From a virus (Duplodnaviria > Caudoviricetes), in IMG/VR virus record IMGVR_UViG_3300021379_000808, positions 1 to 50,602 of that record: a DNA stretch of 50,602 bases; one strand, written 5' to 3'. The notes below the pieces were generated by a model that worked only from the letters and a program-made list of their open reading frames with translations, made no database searches and had not been told where the DNA came from. Positions 27,523 to 35,304 of the stretch are shown here, one piece after another. How positions within the stretch are numbered: the first letter of the stretch is position 1; each line of letters starts with the position of its first letter. The position numbers and the translations under genes are program-made.

Positions 27523-28383
27523 ATGACTAAGAAAAAAGTTGATGCCTATCAGGTAATCACGGACAAAGTAATCGCGATGCTAGAGACTCACGGGTCAGGC
27601 TGGACTAAGCCTTGGTCTGACAGCCTCGCAGGATCGCCTGTAAGCCTTTCCACCGGCAACCCCTATCGAGGTATCAACCGACTGCTACTCGGCCTTGAGG
27701 GACGTTCTGATGCGCGCTGGGGCACATACAAGGCTTGGTCAGAGAAGGGCGGTCAGGTTCGTAAGGGCGAGAAGGGTACTGCGGTTATCTTCTTTAAGCC
27801 CTTAGAGATTCGAGGTGATGACGGTGAGGTCGAGAAGAAGATCCCCTTTGCCCGTATATACAATGTATTCAATGCCGAGCAAGTTGACGGTATCGAATTG
27901 ATCCAACCTGAAGAGCTGACCCCCATAGAGTTAGATCAGCGTTGCGAGGATTTCATTGCCGAGACTGCCGCGCAAATCCGATTTGGTGGTGACTCTGCGT
28001 TCTACTCCCCGGTTGTCGATTACATCGGTATGCCGAGACCAGAGGCCTTTGAGTCTACTGCCGGTTACTACGGCGTCCTACTGCACGAGCTCACTCACTG
28101 GACTGGTCACTCTACCCGGTGCGACCGCAAGATCCTCAATAGCTTTGGTAACGAGGACTATGCGTTCGAGGAGCTGGTTGCCGAGCTAGGCGCCACCTTC
28201 CTTTGTGCCGATTTAGGTATCGAAATAGAGCCCCGCGAGGATCATGCACAGTATATCGCAAGCTGGCTCAAAGCGCTACGAAACGACAAGAAATTGATCG
28301 TTAAAGCGGCCAAGCAAGCCCAGCTCGCAAGCGAGTTCTTGCACGGCCTCCAAACAGAAAATCAACTAGCAGAGGCCGCATAA
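27523..28383 (+). CDS. ardC: ArdC-like antirestriction protein (ssDNA-binding domain plus zincin metallopeptidase)
   Basis: W.KPW, YRGIN.L.L, W.TY..W...GGQVRKGEKG, VFNAEQ, HELTHWTGH and YAFEELVAE motifs; true start 27523 after the RBS. Confidence 0.92.
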   Translation: MTKKKVDAYQVITDKVIAMLETHGSGWTKPWSDSLAGSPVSLSTGNPYRGINRLLLGLEGRSDARWGTYKAWSEKGGQVRKGEKGTAVIFFKPLEIRGDDGEVEKKIPFARIYNVFNAEQVDGIELIQPEELTPIELDQRCEDFIAETAAQIRFGGDSAFYSPVVDYIGMPRPEAFESTAGYYGVLLHELTHWTGHSTRCDRKILNSFGNEDYAFEELVAELGATFLCADLGIEIEPREDHAQYIASWLKALRNDKKLIVKAAKQAQLASEFLHGLQTENQLAEAA

Positions 28384-28389
28384 GCGGCC
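28374..28389 (+). repeat. Stop-codon hairpin GGCCGCATAAGCGGCC, copy 1
   Basis: Identical to 28703-28718. Confidence 0.8.
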
Positions 28390-28403
28390 CGAGGGACAAG
28401 TAT

Positions 28404-28712
28404 ATGCAACCAATGCAAAAAGAAATCGTTAAAAAAATCGAAGCCTATGAAGGTATGGACCCAGCTAACGTGAGCGTAGCTGACCTGATCGCATACCAAC
28501 TGAGACTTACAACCTTGGTAAGTCGATACAATGCCAAAAACCCAGAACTCCGCCCAGTCCGAATTATGTTCTGCGGTAGTGGCGGCTTGATTGTTCATCT
28601 CGAATACCAGTACCTGAAGGTCTCACTGGAGCGGGTCAATGGGCGCCTCGACTGGCCCGATTCGCGTGATGTTTTGCAGGATTGGTACAACGACTACGAA
28701 CTGGCCGCATAA
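28404..28712 (+). CDS. Hypothetical early protein
   Basis: GAGG RBS; ends in NDYELAA. Confidence 0.75.
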   Translation: MQPMQKEIVKKIEAYEGMDPANVSVADLIAYQLRLTTLVSRYNAKNPELRPVRIMFCGSGGLIVHLEYQYLKVSLERVNGRLDWPDSRDVLQDWYNDYELAA

Positions 28713-28718
28713 GCGGCC
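28703..28718 (+). repeat. Stop-codon hairpin GGCCGCATAAGCGGCC, copy 2
   Basis: Identical to 28374-28389; followed by TTT. Confidence 0.8.
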
Positions 28719-28737
28719 TTTAACTGAGGAGAGAAAA

Positions 28738-29268
28738 ATGTCTAAGATCATCTACAAAGAAATCCAAGTCCACTGGTGTATGGCTCGTTGCTGGGTTGTG
28801 CGAGGAGTGCCATTTGAGGGTATGCACCAAGTACTCGATACCCTGCCAACTCAAAGTCTAGCCATAGACATCGCAAAGCTTCACGCCTTTGGATCTGACC
28901 AGCTACCCCGCAAGGCATTGCAGGTCAGGGTTTTTAAGAAAAGTCACGGGCTCAAACAAATCATATCGCCCCCTGAAGATCTAAGCGAAAAAGTAAGCTC
29001 GCATGAGGAGCTTGTAATGCGCCTAGCGCGAGAATACTGCGAGCGCAGATCTTTCCCTTTCGACATACCGAGCGTTGGCACAACTATCGGAGCGATGGAG
29101 TTGGAGAAGCCGGTGAGTTGGTGGGGATCTGCTCACGATGTCTACGAGTGGGCTCTCCGCCTGCGCGACGAGATCATCGAGATCCGCAACTATATGGCCA
29201 GTCAAGGGCGCGGCCTTCACGACGAGCCTGTCGATAGACAGACAGACTATGTGGGGGGTGCGTTATGA
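28738..29268 (+). CDS. Hypothetical protein
   Basis: GAGGAG RBS before ATG 28738. Confidence 0.75.
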   Translation: MSKIIYKEIQVHWCMARCWVVRGVPFEGMHQVLDTLPTQSLAIDIAKLHAFGSDQLPRKALQVRVFKKSHGLKQIISPPEDLSEKVSSHEELVMRLAREYCERRSFPFDIPSVGTTIGAMELEKPVSWWGSAHDVYEWALRLRDEIIEIRNYMASQGRGLHDEPVDRQTDYVGGAL

Positions 29269-29390
29269 GCTACCTATGGTTCGGTCTGTCTCTAACCATT
29301 CTTCTCACCGTGGGGTCAGTATTACTGGCCCTTTTGCTTGCAGAAGAGCGTTACATCGTACACCTAATGTATGGAAGGAAAAGAAAATGA
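29265..29390 (+). CDS. Small membrane peptide (41 aa), not in the ORF track
   Basis: ATGA overlaps at both ends; hydrophobic WFGLSLTILLTVGSVLLALLLA. Confidence 0.6.
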   Translation: MSYLWFGLSLTILLTVGSVLLALLLAEERYIVHLMYGRKRK

Positions 29391-29635
29391 ATAAAGTCGG
29401 ATATCTTCGTACTAACAAAGCCCCCATCTGGGGGCGCATATGCCGCAGTGCATACCACAACTGCCCCGATGAAGATTGGGGTGAGGTCATCGTTGCCGCG
29501 ATGAACCGGGGGATACTAGACCCCGAAGCTGTCTACTGGTGCGACATCGTTGAGTTCAATGAGGCCGCATCAGAGTACCCGGGGACAGTGAGCGAGTTTC
29601 TTGACTCACTGCCTGCTCCGGGGCGGCTGTCATGA
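29387..29635 (+). CDS. Hypothetical protein
   Basis: MNKVGYL start; ATGA coupling. Confidence 0.7.
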   Translation: MNKVGYLRTNKAPIWGRICRSAYHNCPDEDWGEVIVAAMNRGILDPEAVYWCDIVEFNEAASEYPGTVSEFLDSLPAPGRLS

Positions 29636-29802
29636 CCATCTCAGCCAAGGAGCGCATCGAGACACTCCTGCGAGGGGGCTACCGTCCAGACGAAGTGGCC
29701 TCAATCATCGAGGTAGAGCGAGAGCAATGGAAGCTCAACGAGTTCGATATCGAGGATATGCAGGAGATGGTTAAGCGCATCAAGGAGAAGTTAGACCTAT
29801 GA
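29632..29802 (+). CDS. Small hypothetical protein (56 aa), not in the ORF track
   Basis: MTISAKERIETLLRGG...; ATGA coupling on both sides. Confidence 0.65.
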   Translation: MTISAKERIETLLRGGYRPDEVASIIEVEREQWKLNEFDIEDMQEMVKRIKEKLDL

Positions 29803-29876
29803 GCTTTTATCAGCTAGCAAAAGCCATCCTTTGGGTGGCTCTCATCATAACCGCCTATTCGTTAGTGGAGGGATAA
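29799..29876 (+). CDS. Putative 25-aa membrane peptide
   Basis: GGAG RBS, ATGA overlap, AILWVALIITAYSLV. Confidence 0.45.
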   Translation: MSFYQLAKAILWVALIITAYSLVEG

Positions 29877-29877
29877 A

Positions 29878-30039
29878 ATGGACGCAATCGTTTACCTAGT
29901 GCTTTACCGGGGGCAGGGCTCCGGCGATACCTACAAGCACTGCTGTTATAACTGGAGTGAAGCAGAGGAGACTTTGCAGGAGCTCCAGCAGTCAGAACCA
30001 GATCGCGAGTGGTACATCTGCGAAAAGGATGTCTCGTGA
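29878..30039 (+). CDS. Small hypothetical protein (53 aa)
   Basis: GGAGG RBS; GTGA overlap with the next gene. Confidence 0.65.
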   Translation: MDAIVYLVLYRGQGSGDTYKHCCYNWSEAEETLQELQQSEPDREWYICEKDVS

Positions 30040-30215
30040 AACTGTCACCAAGCCAAGTCAAAGAGGCATCCGAACTAGAGTCCAAGGGCGTACAGCTCTG
30101 GGCTCTGGCTCAGATGTTCAGCGTTCACTACGACACGATGCGGAGATACCTTCGCAACTACCGAACTTATGGGGATTCAATGTTCACCCCGTACCCAAAA
30201 GAAATCGAGGAGTAA
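30036..30215 (+). CDS. Small HTH DNA-binding protein
   Basis: G.QLWALAQMFSVHYDTMRRYL HTH pattern; GTG start. Confidence 0.65.
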   Translation: MKLSPSQVKEASELESKGVQLWALAQMFSVHYDTMRRYLRNYRTYGDSMFTPYPKEIEE

Positions 30216-30218
30216 GTC

Positions 30219-30377
30219 ATGCAATCAGTTCAACAACTGCTTAACCGAATGGAAGCGGAGATGGCCGCACTAGATCTTGAGTATCAAGTTTACAAAGCGT
30301 CTTGCGCTTTTCACGAGGAGCCTATGGGATACATTGAGTGGAAGGCCGCAAAGTCAAAGGAGGAGGCCGATGAGTAA
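30219..30377 (+). CDS. Small hypothetical protein (52 aa)
   Basis: GAGGAG RBS before ATG 30219. Confidence 0.65.
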   Translation: MQSVQQLLNRMEAEMAALDLEYQVYKASCAFHEEPMGYIEWKAAKSKEEADE

Positions 30378-30642
30378 GTCAGAAGCCGCGAGAGCCTTGG
30401 CCGGTATGAGAAAGGTCCGAGAGCTTCACTGCATTGGTTGCGGGGAATCTTTCCACGCCGTCGATACCCGGGCGAAGTATTGCTCGAATCGTTGCCGCCA
30501 GAAGATGAAATACCAGCGTAAAGTTGCCGAGTATTTTGACAAGGAGTGCGCCGTTTGCGAGACCGTTATGTTCCTCAACGATAAGCGAGTGAAGTATTGC
30601 TCGCCTCGATGCCGCTCAATAGCCGCTGTCCTTCGGAAGTGA
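30370..30642 (+). CDS. Protein with two Cys4 Zn-finger repeats
   Basis: CxxC...KYCSxRCR twice; GGAGG RBS. Confidence 0.75.
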   Translation: MSKSEAARALAGMRKVRELHCIGCGESFHAVDTRAKYCSNRCRQKMKYQRKVAEYFDKECAVCETVMFLNDKRVKYCSPRCRSIAAVLRK

Positions 30643-30942
30643 ATCAAACTCCTTCCTAAATGCCTCAATCGCCATATCCCTCGCCCTGCGGGGGATTTTT
30701 TTTGCCCTGTCGATATAGATAAGCCTCAGCGTTTTCCTTAATGCCGGATGCAGTTTGTTGACGGCGGTTCCGGTCATCTCAACAACCATATCGCGCTCAG
30801 TCATTACCCCGGTGCTTCGATAGCCGGACTGATAATCTTTGAATGTTGGTGATACCGAAGGGTAGTCTAGCTGGCTGACCTCTCCCCTCTCAGCGTCCCC
30901 CCAGTCTTTAAGCAAAGTCATTGCCGCATATTTTGGCATCAT
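30616..30942 (-). CDS. Putative Q-like late antiterminator (start uncertain)
   Basis: Last gene of the nin region; L..WG...L.YP.VSP.F pattern and sigma-region-4-like helices. Confidence 0.5.
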   Translation of the reverse strand: MMPKYAAMTLLKDWGDAERGEVSQLDYPSVSPTFKDYQSGYRSTGVMTERDMVVEMTGTAVNKLHPALRKTLRLIYIDRAKKIPRRARDMAIEAFRKEFDSLPKDSGY

Positions 30943-31129
30943 CGGTAACATACTCATGAATTGCTCTGAGCAATCGGATATTCCGGACGTTCTCAACGTA
31001 GCGTTCATCTTCTACCTCCAGATTCTGAAGCTCGAATGCAACTGCCGCGATTGCTTTCTCGATCGTGTCTGCTCTCGCATAGCGAGGAGCGGACGCCCCC
31101 TGATCTATCTCTTCTGCCTCACAGTTCAC
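30908..31129 (-). CDS. Hypothetical protein
   Basis: GTGA overlap with the upstream gene. Confidence 0.55.
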   Translation of the reverse strand: MNCEAEEIDQGASAPRYARADTIEKAIAAVAFELQNLEVEDERYVENVRNIRLLRAIHEYVTDDAKICGNDFA

Positions 31130-31548
31130 CCAAACCAGTCCTCGAACTCTATTCGACCAGTGCCCCCTGCTTCCCGGTATTGACGCATCAAGTCGTATTC
31201 ATCGCGATAATGCTTTGCGATATCCCCCTTGCCTTTTGTGGCCCTTACCATTTTGCCCCAACCGATATCATTTACAAGCTCTAAAACTCGCTCTCGTTCC
31301 CACTCGGTCCAGATCTTCTCAAGCCTAGCTAGACCGCCCTCCCTGAAGTGACAGCCAGTGCATAGCGCCTCAGCATTCAGTCCGCAGAACCTAACGCCCC
31401 ACTTGCCGCGAGTGTGTCCGTGAGAACACTCAAGGCCTCTCGCCTTCTCGGGATACTTGGTGCCGCACCGTTCGCAAGTCCAGTCCGCTCGCTCTCTCAC
31501 GCATAGACTGAATGCAATGTCTGCTGGTGTTCGTTTTATTCCCCCCAT
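31126..31548 (-). CDS. ninG: NinG/Rap-like endonuclease
   Basis: D..FS..VR.R....CxxC...CSH....RF...N..ALC..CH. Confidence 0.7.
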   Translation of the reverse strand: MGGIKRTPADIAFSLCVRERADWTCERCGTKYPEKARGLECSHGHTRGKWGVRFCGLNAEALCTGCHFREGGLARLEKIWTEWERERVLELVNDIGWGKMVRATKGKGDIAKHYRDEYDLMRQYREAGGTGRIEFEDWFG

Positions 31549-31957
31549 AAAATCTCCGTAAATTGCTCGTTTGGTATGAACAGGTGTGGCTTGATGTCAT
31601 TGGGATCATTGCGATCCTTCCTGCCTGTACGCCAGACCTCCCCGGTAGCTTTAGATAAATCAACCCAGCCAGTACGGTCTGTCCACTGGCAAACAAACAG
31701 CGCTTCCGTACAGAATATCTCTGCCGCCTTGCGTAGCTTGATGACCTTCTCGTTTGGGATCATCACGCTTTGGTATTGCCCGATAGGATTTGTCCTGACC
31801 TTGCACTCGATGAAATACTCAACCACGTTGTCCCGGTTGACCAGCGCGTAATCAGCCCGAGAATTTTCCTTAAACTCTAGCGGCCTGTACCGCCATTGCG
31901 CGGCGAGCAAGCCGAGCAACTGCAAGTTCTTTTTGTCATCCTCCTCAGTGTTGTACC
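31376..31957 (-). other. Erroneous entry (coordinates reversed); disregard and see 31957-32376
   Basis: None. Confidence 0.
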
Positions 31958-31964
31958 TAATCAT
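31536..31964 (-). CDS. PD-(D/E)xK-fold nuclease-like protein
   Basis: ADY...IECKVR motif; start MIRYN. Confidence 0.6.
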   Translation of the reverse strand: MIRYNTEEDDKKNLQLLGLLAAQWRYRPLEFKENSRADYALVNRDNVVEYFIECKVRTNPIGQYQSVMIPNEKVIKLRKAAEIFCTEALFVCQWTDRTGWVDLSKATGEVWRTGRKDRNDPNDIKPHLFIPNEQFTEILWGE

Positions 31965-32376
31965 GCTTGACCGGCCAAGCTGGGAGTGACAGCCCCTTGT
32001 TGCCGAAAGCTCTGCACAAAGTGTCATAGGTCTTTGCGTAGTCCGAGGTGCTTTGATCGGTCGTGGATTCCTTCTGAGTCAGCGCAATCTGAACCGGGCG
32101 CCAGACCTCGTTCTTCACTGAGTCCCGAGTCCAGTCGCACTCAAAGCTCCCGCCCTTGAATATCGTGGATCGAATCTCCCTTGTGATACCTGCCTCATTG
32201 AAAAACTCTGCCGTGTTCCGACACCAGACCTCCAGCGCCGCTTGTTGCCGACTCGTCCGCTGTTTTCCGTTCTTCACGTCAACTGATATGCACGGCATAC
32301 TTTCCAGCTTGTTCAGCAAATTGTTCTTTAGGTTTTCAACCTGATCCTTCCTTTGGATAATGTAAAACTCACTCAT
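31957..32376 (-). CDS. NinB-like protein
   Basis: QRT.RQ.AAL.VW and STT motifs; ATGA overlap with the helicase stop. Confidence 0.6.
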   Translation of the reverse strand: MSEFYIIQRKDQVENLKNNLLNKLESMPCISVDVKNGKQRTSRQQAALEVWCRNTAEFFNEAGITREIRSTIFKGGSFECDWTRDSVKNEVWRPVQIALTQKESTTDQSTSDYAKTYDTLCRAFGNKGLSLPAWPVKHD

Positions 32377-33308
32377 ACTCTGTCTCCGTCGAACATAACC
32401 GGGCTCATTTTTCTTAGTTTTGTGGAGCAAAAGCCCCTGCACTTTGTATGTTGCCAGAGACCCACTGAGCCCTCGTACTTGTGGTATCTCTGCTTTGCTA
32501 CCTTGACGACAAGATCCGCCTTGTCATCGTCGTAGTCATCTACCTTCATTCCCAGCTCGATAAGCGCTCGCTTTGCAGATTTACGCTTGTCGTGCCAGAC
32601 AATCACAATACTTGCCGCGATGTTTGCTAAATGACTTGACCCGATGAAGTCGTATTTACCGGGGATCTTATGCTCGCCTGCTTCGCCGTGCGGCTTGCGG
32701 ACGTGGTGGACGAGGATCACACAGATCTTGAACTTCTTAGCCACCGCCGCGAGCGTCTGCGCGAAGTCGCGCTCCCGCTCAAGATCATCGCAAACGCCCA
32801 TCATCATCAGAGCATCAAGCACAACCAACTTACAGCCTTTGTACTTAGCAAACGCAATCGTCATTTGGATTGCCTCATCCGGCTTGATGGCATCAACCCG
32901 GTCGTAGATGTGAAGCTTGCCCTCAGCCCAATCAGCAAAGCGCCTCACCCAATCCATCGCAGGCTCACCGCACGTTGCCGCGATCTCTGCATACTGCTCG
33001 ATCACGTCCTCAGCCAACAGCTCTAAGCTGGCTACGCCAACCTTGTAGCCCTGCCGCAAGGCTGACAATCCGATTTGCGTGGTGATGGTGGATTTGAAGT
33101 GCCCGCTATATCCGCCCATCAAAACCATCTCTCCCGGCCTGAAAGCAAACAATCCATCTAGCTTTGACCAAGGTGCGTTGATGCCTTCGTGTTTAGCGTT
33201 ACGTCTCTCCTCCACCCGCTGAACCAGATCACGAGAGCTGAGCATATCGCCCACCTCGATCTCTGCGAGCTCCTCATTGACGTTGATGTCCCTGAAATCG
33301 ACATTCAT
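32373..33308 (-). CDS. SF4 (DnaB/T7 gp4-like) replicative helicase
   Basis: GYSGHFKS Walker A, SLE, VVLDAL, LVHHVRK and KQR motifs. Confidence 0.85.
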   Translation of the reverse strand: MNVDFRDINVNEELAEIEVGDMLSSRDLVQRVEERRNAKHEGINAPWSKLDGLFAFRPGEMVLMGGYSGHFKSTITTQIGLSALRQGYKVGVASLELLAEDVIEQYAEIAATCGEPAMDWVRRFADWAEGKLHIYDRVDAIKPDEAIQMTIAFAKYKGCKLVVLDALMMMGVCDDLERERDFAQTLAAVAKKFKICVILVHHVRKPHGEAGEHKIPGKYDFIGSSHLANIAASIVIVWHDKRKSAKRALIELGMKVDDYDDDKADLVVKVAKQRYHKYEGSVGLWQHTKCRGFCSTKLRKMSPVMFDGDRV

Positions 33309-33919
33309 AGATACTCCTCATTAGTGTTTTTCTTATCAGGCAATCGAGCCCAGTTACCGCGAATGCAATTCATGAAAGCTTGATCCCAGTTTGCGTAAGT
33401 CTTTCCGTTGGCTGTTGCATAGCCCACGAAAAACTCTAGGTGCTCATCGAGTCGATCAAAGCCCTTCGATCCTGCCCACTTTCTGACGTTATCCGAAACA
33501 CAAAACGCCTTCGGCAACGTGGTTTTCTTTGTCGCCTTATGGTTCTTTCTAGGTTCTTCTAGGTTAGTGTCCCAATTTTGGTACTGGTCAGGTACCAATT
33601 TTGGTACTGGTGTGGTCCCAGATTTGGTACTGGTCCCAGATTTGGTACTGGTCCCAATTTTGGTACTGGTTTTAAGAGCGTACTGATTGCCCCCGCCTTG
33701 ACTCCTTTCAACCTCAATTAAGCCTTGCTCTTCCAGCCTACCGACACAACGCATAACTGTTTTCCGATCCATACCTGTAGTCTTGGATAGGTAACTAACG
33801 CTTGGGTAGCAACGGCCAGTCTCTCCGTTATGGCAATCAGCTAGACAAAGCAGTAGTAGTTTTTCAGGAGCTGACGAAACCTGAGCCTCCCAAGCCCACG
33901 AAGTAGCGCTGAAGCTCAT
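33305..33919 (-). CDS. Replication initiator (lambda O-like, winged HTH)
   Basis: KLLLLCLAD...CYPS...L...TG...KTV...L...GLI; internal iterons. Confidence 0.85.
   Translation of the reverse strand: MSFSATSWAWEAQVSSAPEKLLLLCLADCHNGETGRCYPSVSYLSKTTGMDRKTVMRCVGRLEEQGLIEVERSQGGGNQYALKTSTKIGTSTKSGTSTKSGTTPVPKLVPDQYQNWDTNLEEPRKNHKATKKTTLPKAFCVSDNVRKWAGSKGFDRLDEHLEFFVGYATANGKTYANWDQAFMNCIRGNWARLPDKKNTNEEYL
33570..33670. repeat. Iterons of the replication origin
   Basis: Five copies of T(C/A)CCA(AT/GA)TTTGGTACTGG inside the initiator gene. Confidence 0.85.
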
Positions 33920-34293
33920 GCTGTAGCCCCCTTACGTCTGGCGACTGCGATCACTGCCTGCTTGTAACGATTGATGTCTTGCCGATTGATCCGTTCGCCC
34001 CTACGCATCATCGACTTACCGATTTCGATAACGTAGTCGTCAACCGTAGGTTCTTTAGATCTTATTGGTGCCTCGCCGTTACCGACTGCCGCAAAGGTCA
34101 ATCCCATTGCGCTGATAACTGACTCTTGATTACACCCGCTCATGCAGTGATAAAGAATTTTTCCGTTGTCAGTGTGCGTGACATACAGCGACGGATTTCT
34201 ATCGGGATGCGCCGGACAACACGCGCTCCACTTATTTTGCCCTCGCTTCTTTACCTTGCTGAGTCGGGACAAAAACGCATGAATGTCTGCCAT
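33916..34293 (-). CDS. Primase zinc-binding-domain-only protein
   Basis: CCPAH.DRNPSL...YHC..GC; no TOPRIM domain within 125 aa. Confidence 0.75.
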   Translation of the reverse strand: MADIHAFLSRLSKVKKRGQNKWSACCPAHPDRNPSLYVTHTDNGKILYHCMSGCNQESVISAMGLTFAAVGNGEAPIRSKEPTVDDYVIEIGKSMMRRGERINRQDINRYKQAVIAVARRKGATA

Positions 34294-34335
34294 TTTTCAT
34301 CCTCTTAGTTTTTAAAGTTCATCCAGCAAGGGTCG

Positions 34336-34365
34336 AGACTAATCCATAATGGATATCATAATCAA
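34336..34365 (-). promoter_or_regulatory. Candidate leftward promoter with palindromic operator in the spacer
   Basis: TTGATT-18bp-TAGTCT; ATCCA-TAA-TGGAT at 34342-34354. Confidence 0.5.
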
Positions 34366-34388
34366 CAACAATTCGAAATTTTCTTGGA

Positions 34389-34417
34389 TGGACAATCAAC
34401 TAACCAAAATATAGAAT
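34389..34417 (+). promoter_or_regulatory. Candidate repressor promoter
   Basis: TGGACA-17bp-TAGAAT. Confidence 0.6.
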
Positions 34418-34444
34418 GAGCCGCAGTTCAAACTTGAATTAGAA

Positions 34445-34780
34445 ATGAGAACAATAAAGCAGATACGCAGGGACAACTTAGAATACCTCGTGAGAACTCG
34501 CTACAACGCCGTACCAAACCGATTGGCTAAGGCTTGTGGGGTTCATCAGATCCAGATATCCCGGATACTAGCTGAGGGCGAAAGCCGCAGAGACTTAGGC
34601 GACAAGCTGGCTAGGACTATTGAAGCGGGAGCTGGGCTAGAAAACGGGTGGCTGGATCAAGAACACGCCGCCGCAGAGCAGATCATCTCTAAAATATCCA
34701 GCCTAAGTGCAGAGCAGAAAGAAGCTATTGAAAGCTTAGTCGATCAACTGCTCGCAACGGCAAACCAATCTACAGATTAA
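34445..34780 (+). CDS. CI-like HTH repressor lacking a peptidase domain
   Basis: IRR.NL...LAKACG....QISRIL...R.LGDKLAR.IE...GL..GWLD; divergent from the replication operon. Confidence 0.8.
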   Translation: MRTIKQIRRDNLEYLVRTRYNAVPNRLAKACGVHQIQISRILAEGESRRDLGDKLARTIEAGAGLENGWLDQEHAAAEQIISKISSLSAEQKEAIESLVDQLLATANQSTD

Positions 34781-34949
34781 AGACAGTATCACGTCCCTGT
34801 CCCCTGCATTTAGCTCGCATATCTTTATAAACAGTGGTAACTCATTGTTTTCGAATGTAAGCGCTTCCAAAGCGGAGCCCTTCAAGTAATGCGAAAGCAT
34901 ATATCCAACCCAGATAAATAATAAACACAACCCTAATCATCACTAAGGG

Positions 34950-34978
34950 TTGTACAACCAACCAAAAAAGTGTACTGT
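34950..34978 (+). promoter_or_regulatory. Candidate promoter of the recombination operon
   Basis: TTGTAC-17bp-TACTGT; preceded by inverted repeat ACAACCCT/AGGGTTGT. Confidence 0.55.
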
Positions 34979-35022
34979 TCTTCTAGCCGCTAAGTTTATC
35001 ACTAAGCCGCTAGGAGGAAAAT

Positions 35023-35304
35023 ATGAACCGCGATAATTACAAAGCCGCGACAACTGTAGACGTAAATCCAAACCAATTTACAACCTTTACCGTATCTCTG
35101 AAGGTGATTGCGCGTTGCTTAGCCGACGTTAGTTACATCATCGGAGGAGAGCCAACCCCTGATGGAGTCGAGAGCTGGCTCACTGGTTACAGTGATGCGG
35201 GTCTTGGCTTCCCTATCGAAAGCAACCCAACACAAGAGTATGAGGCCGGTTATGCCTGCGGCTACGCCGAGGACCAGCACCCGCCCGAGGAGTACGAACT
35301 ATGA
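35023..35304 (+). CDS. Hypothetical protein
   Basis: AGGAGG RBS; GY.D...YEAGY..GY motif. Confidence 0.75.
   Translation: MNRDNYKAATTVDVNPNQFTTFTVSLKVIARCLADVSYIIGGEPTPDGVESWLTGYSDAGLGFPIESNPTQEYEAGYACGYAEDQHPPEEYEL

Noticed and set aside
28724-28737. CTGAGGA...GAAA hammerhead-like core
   Set aside because: No room for stem II; it is the RBS of the 28738 gene
31376-31957. Feature entry with reversed coordinates (31957-31376) and zero confidence
   Set aside because: Entry error, not a real feature; the NinB-like gene is 31957-32376
33570-33670. CRISPR-like array
   Set aside because: Repeats are adjacent without unique spacers, lie inside the initiator gene, and no cas genes are present
34736-34930. 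64-aa minus-strand ORF as a regulator
   Set aside because: No RBS or recognisable motif; overlaps the repressor end and the promoter region
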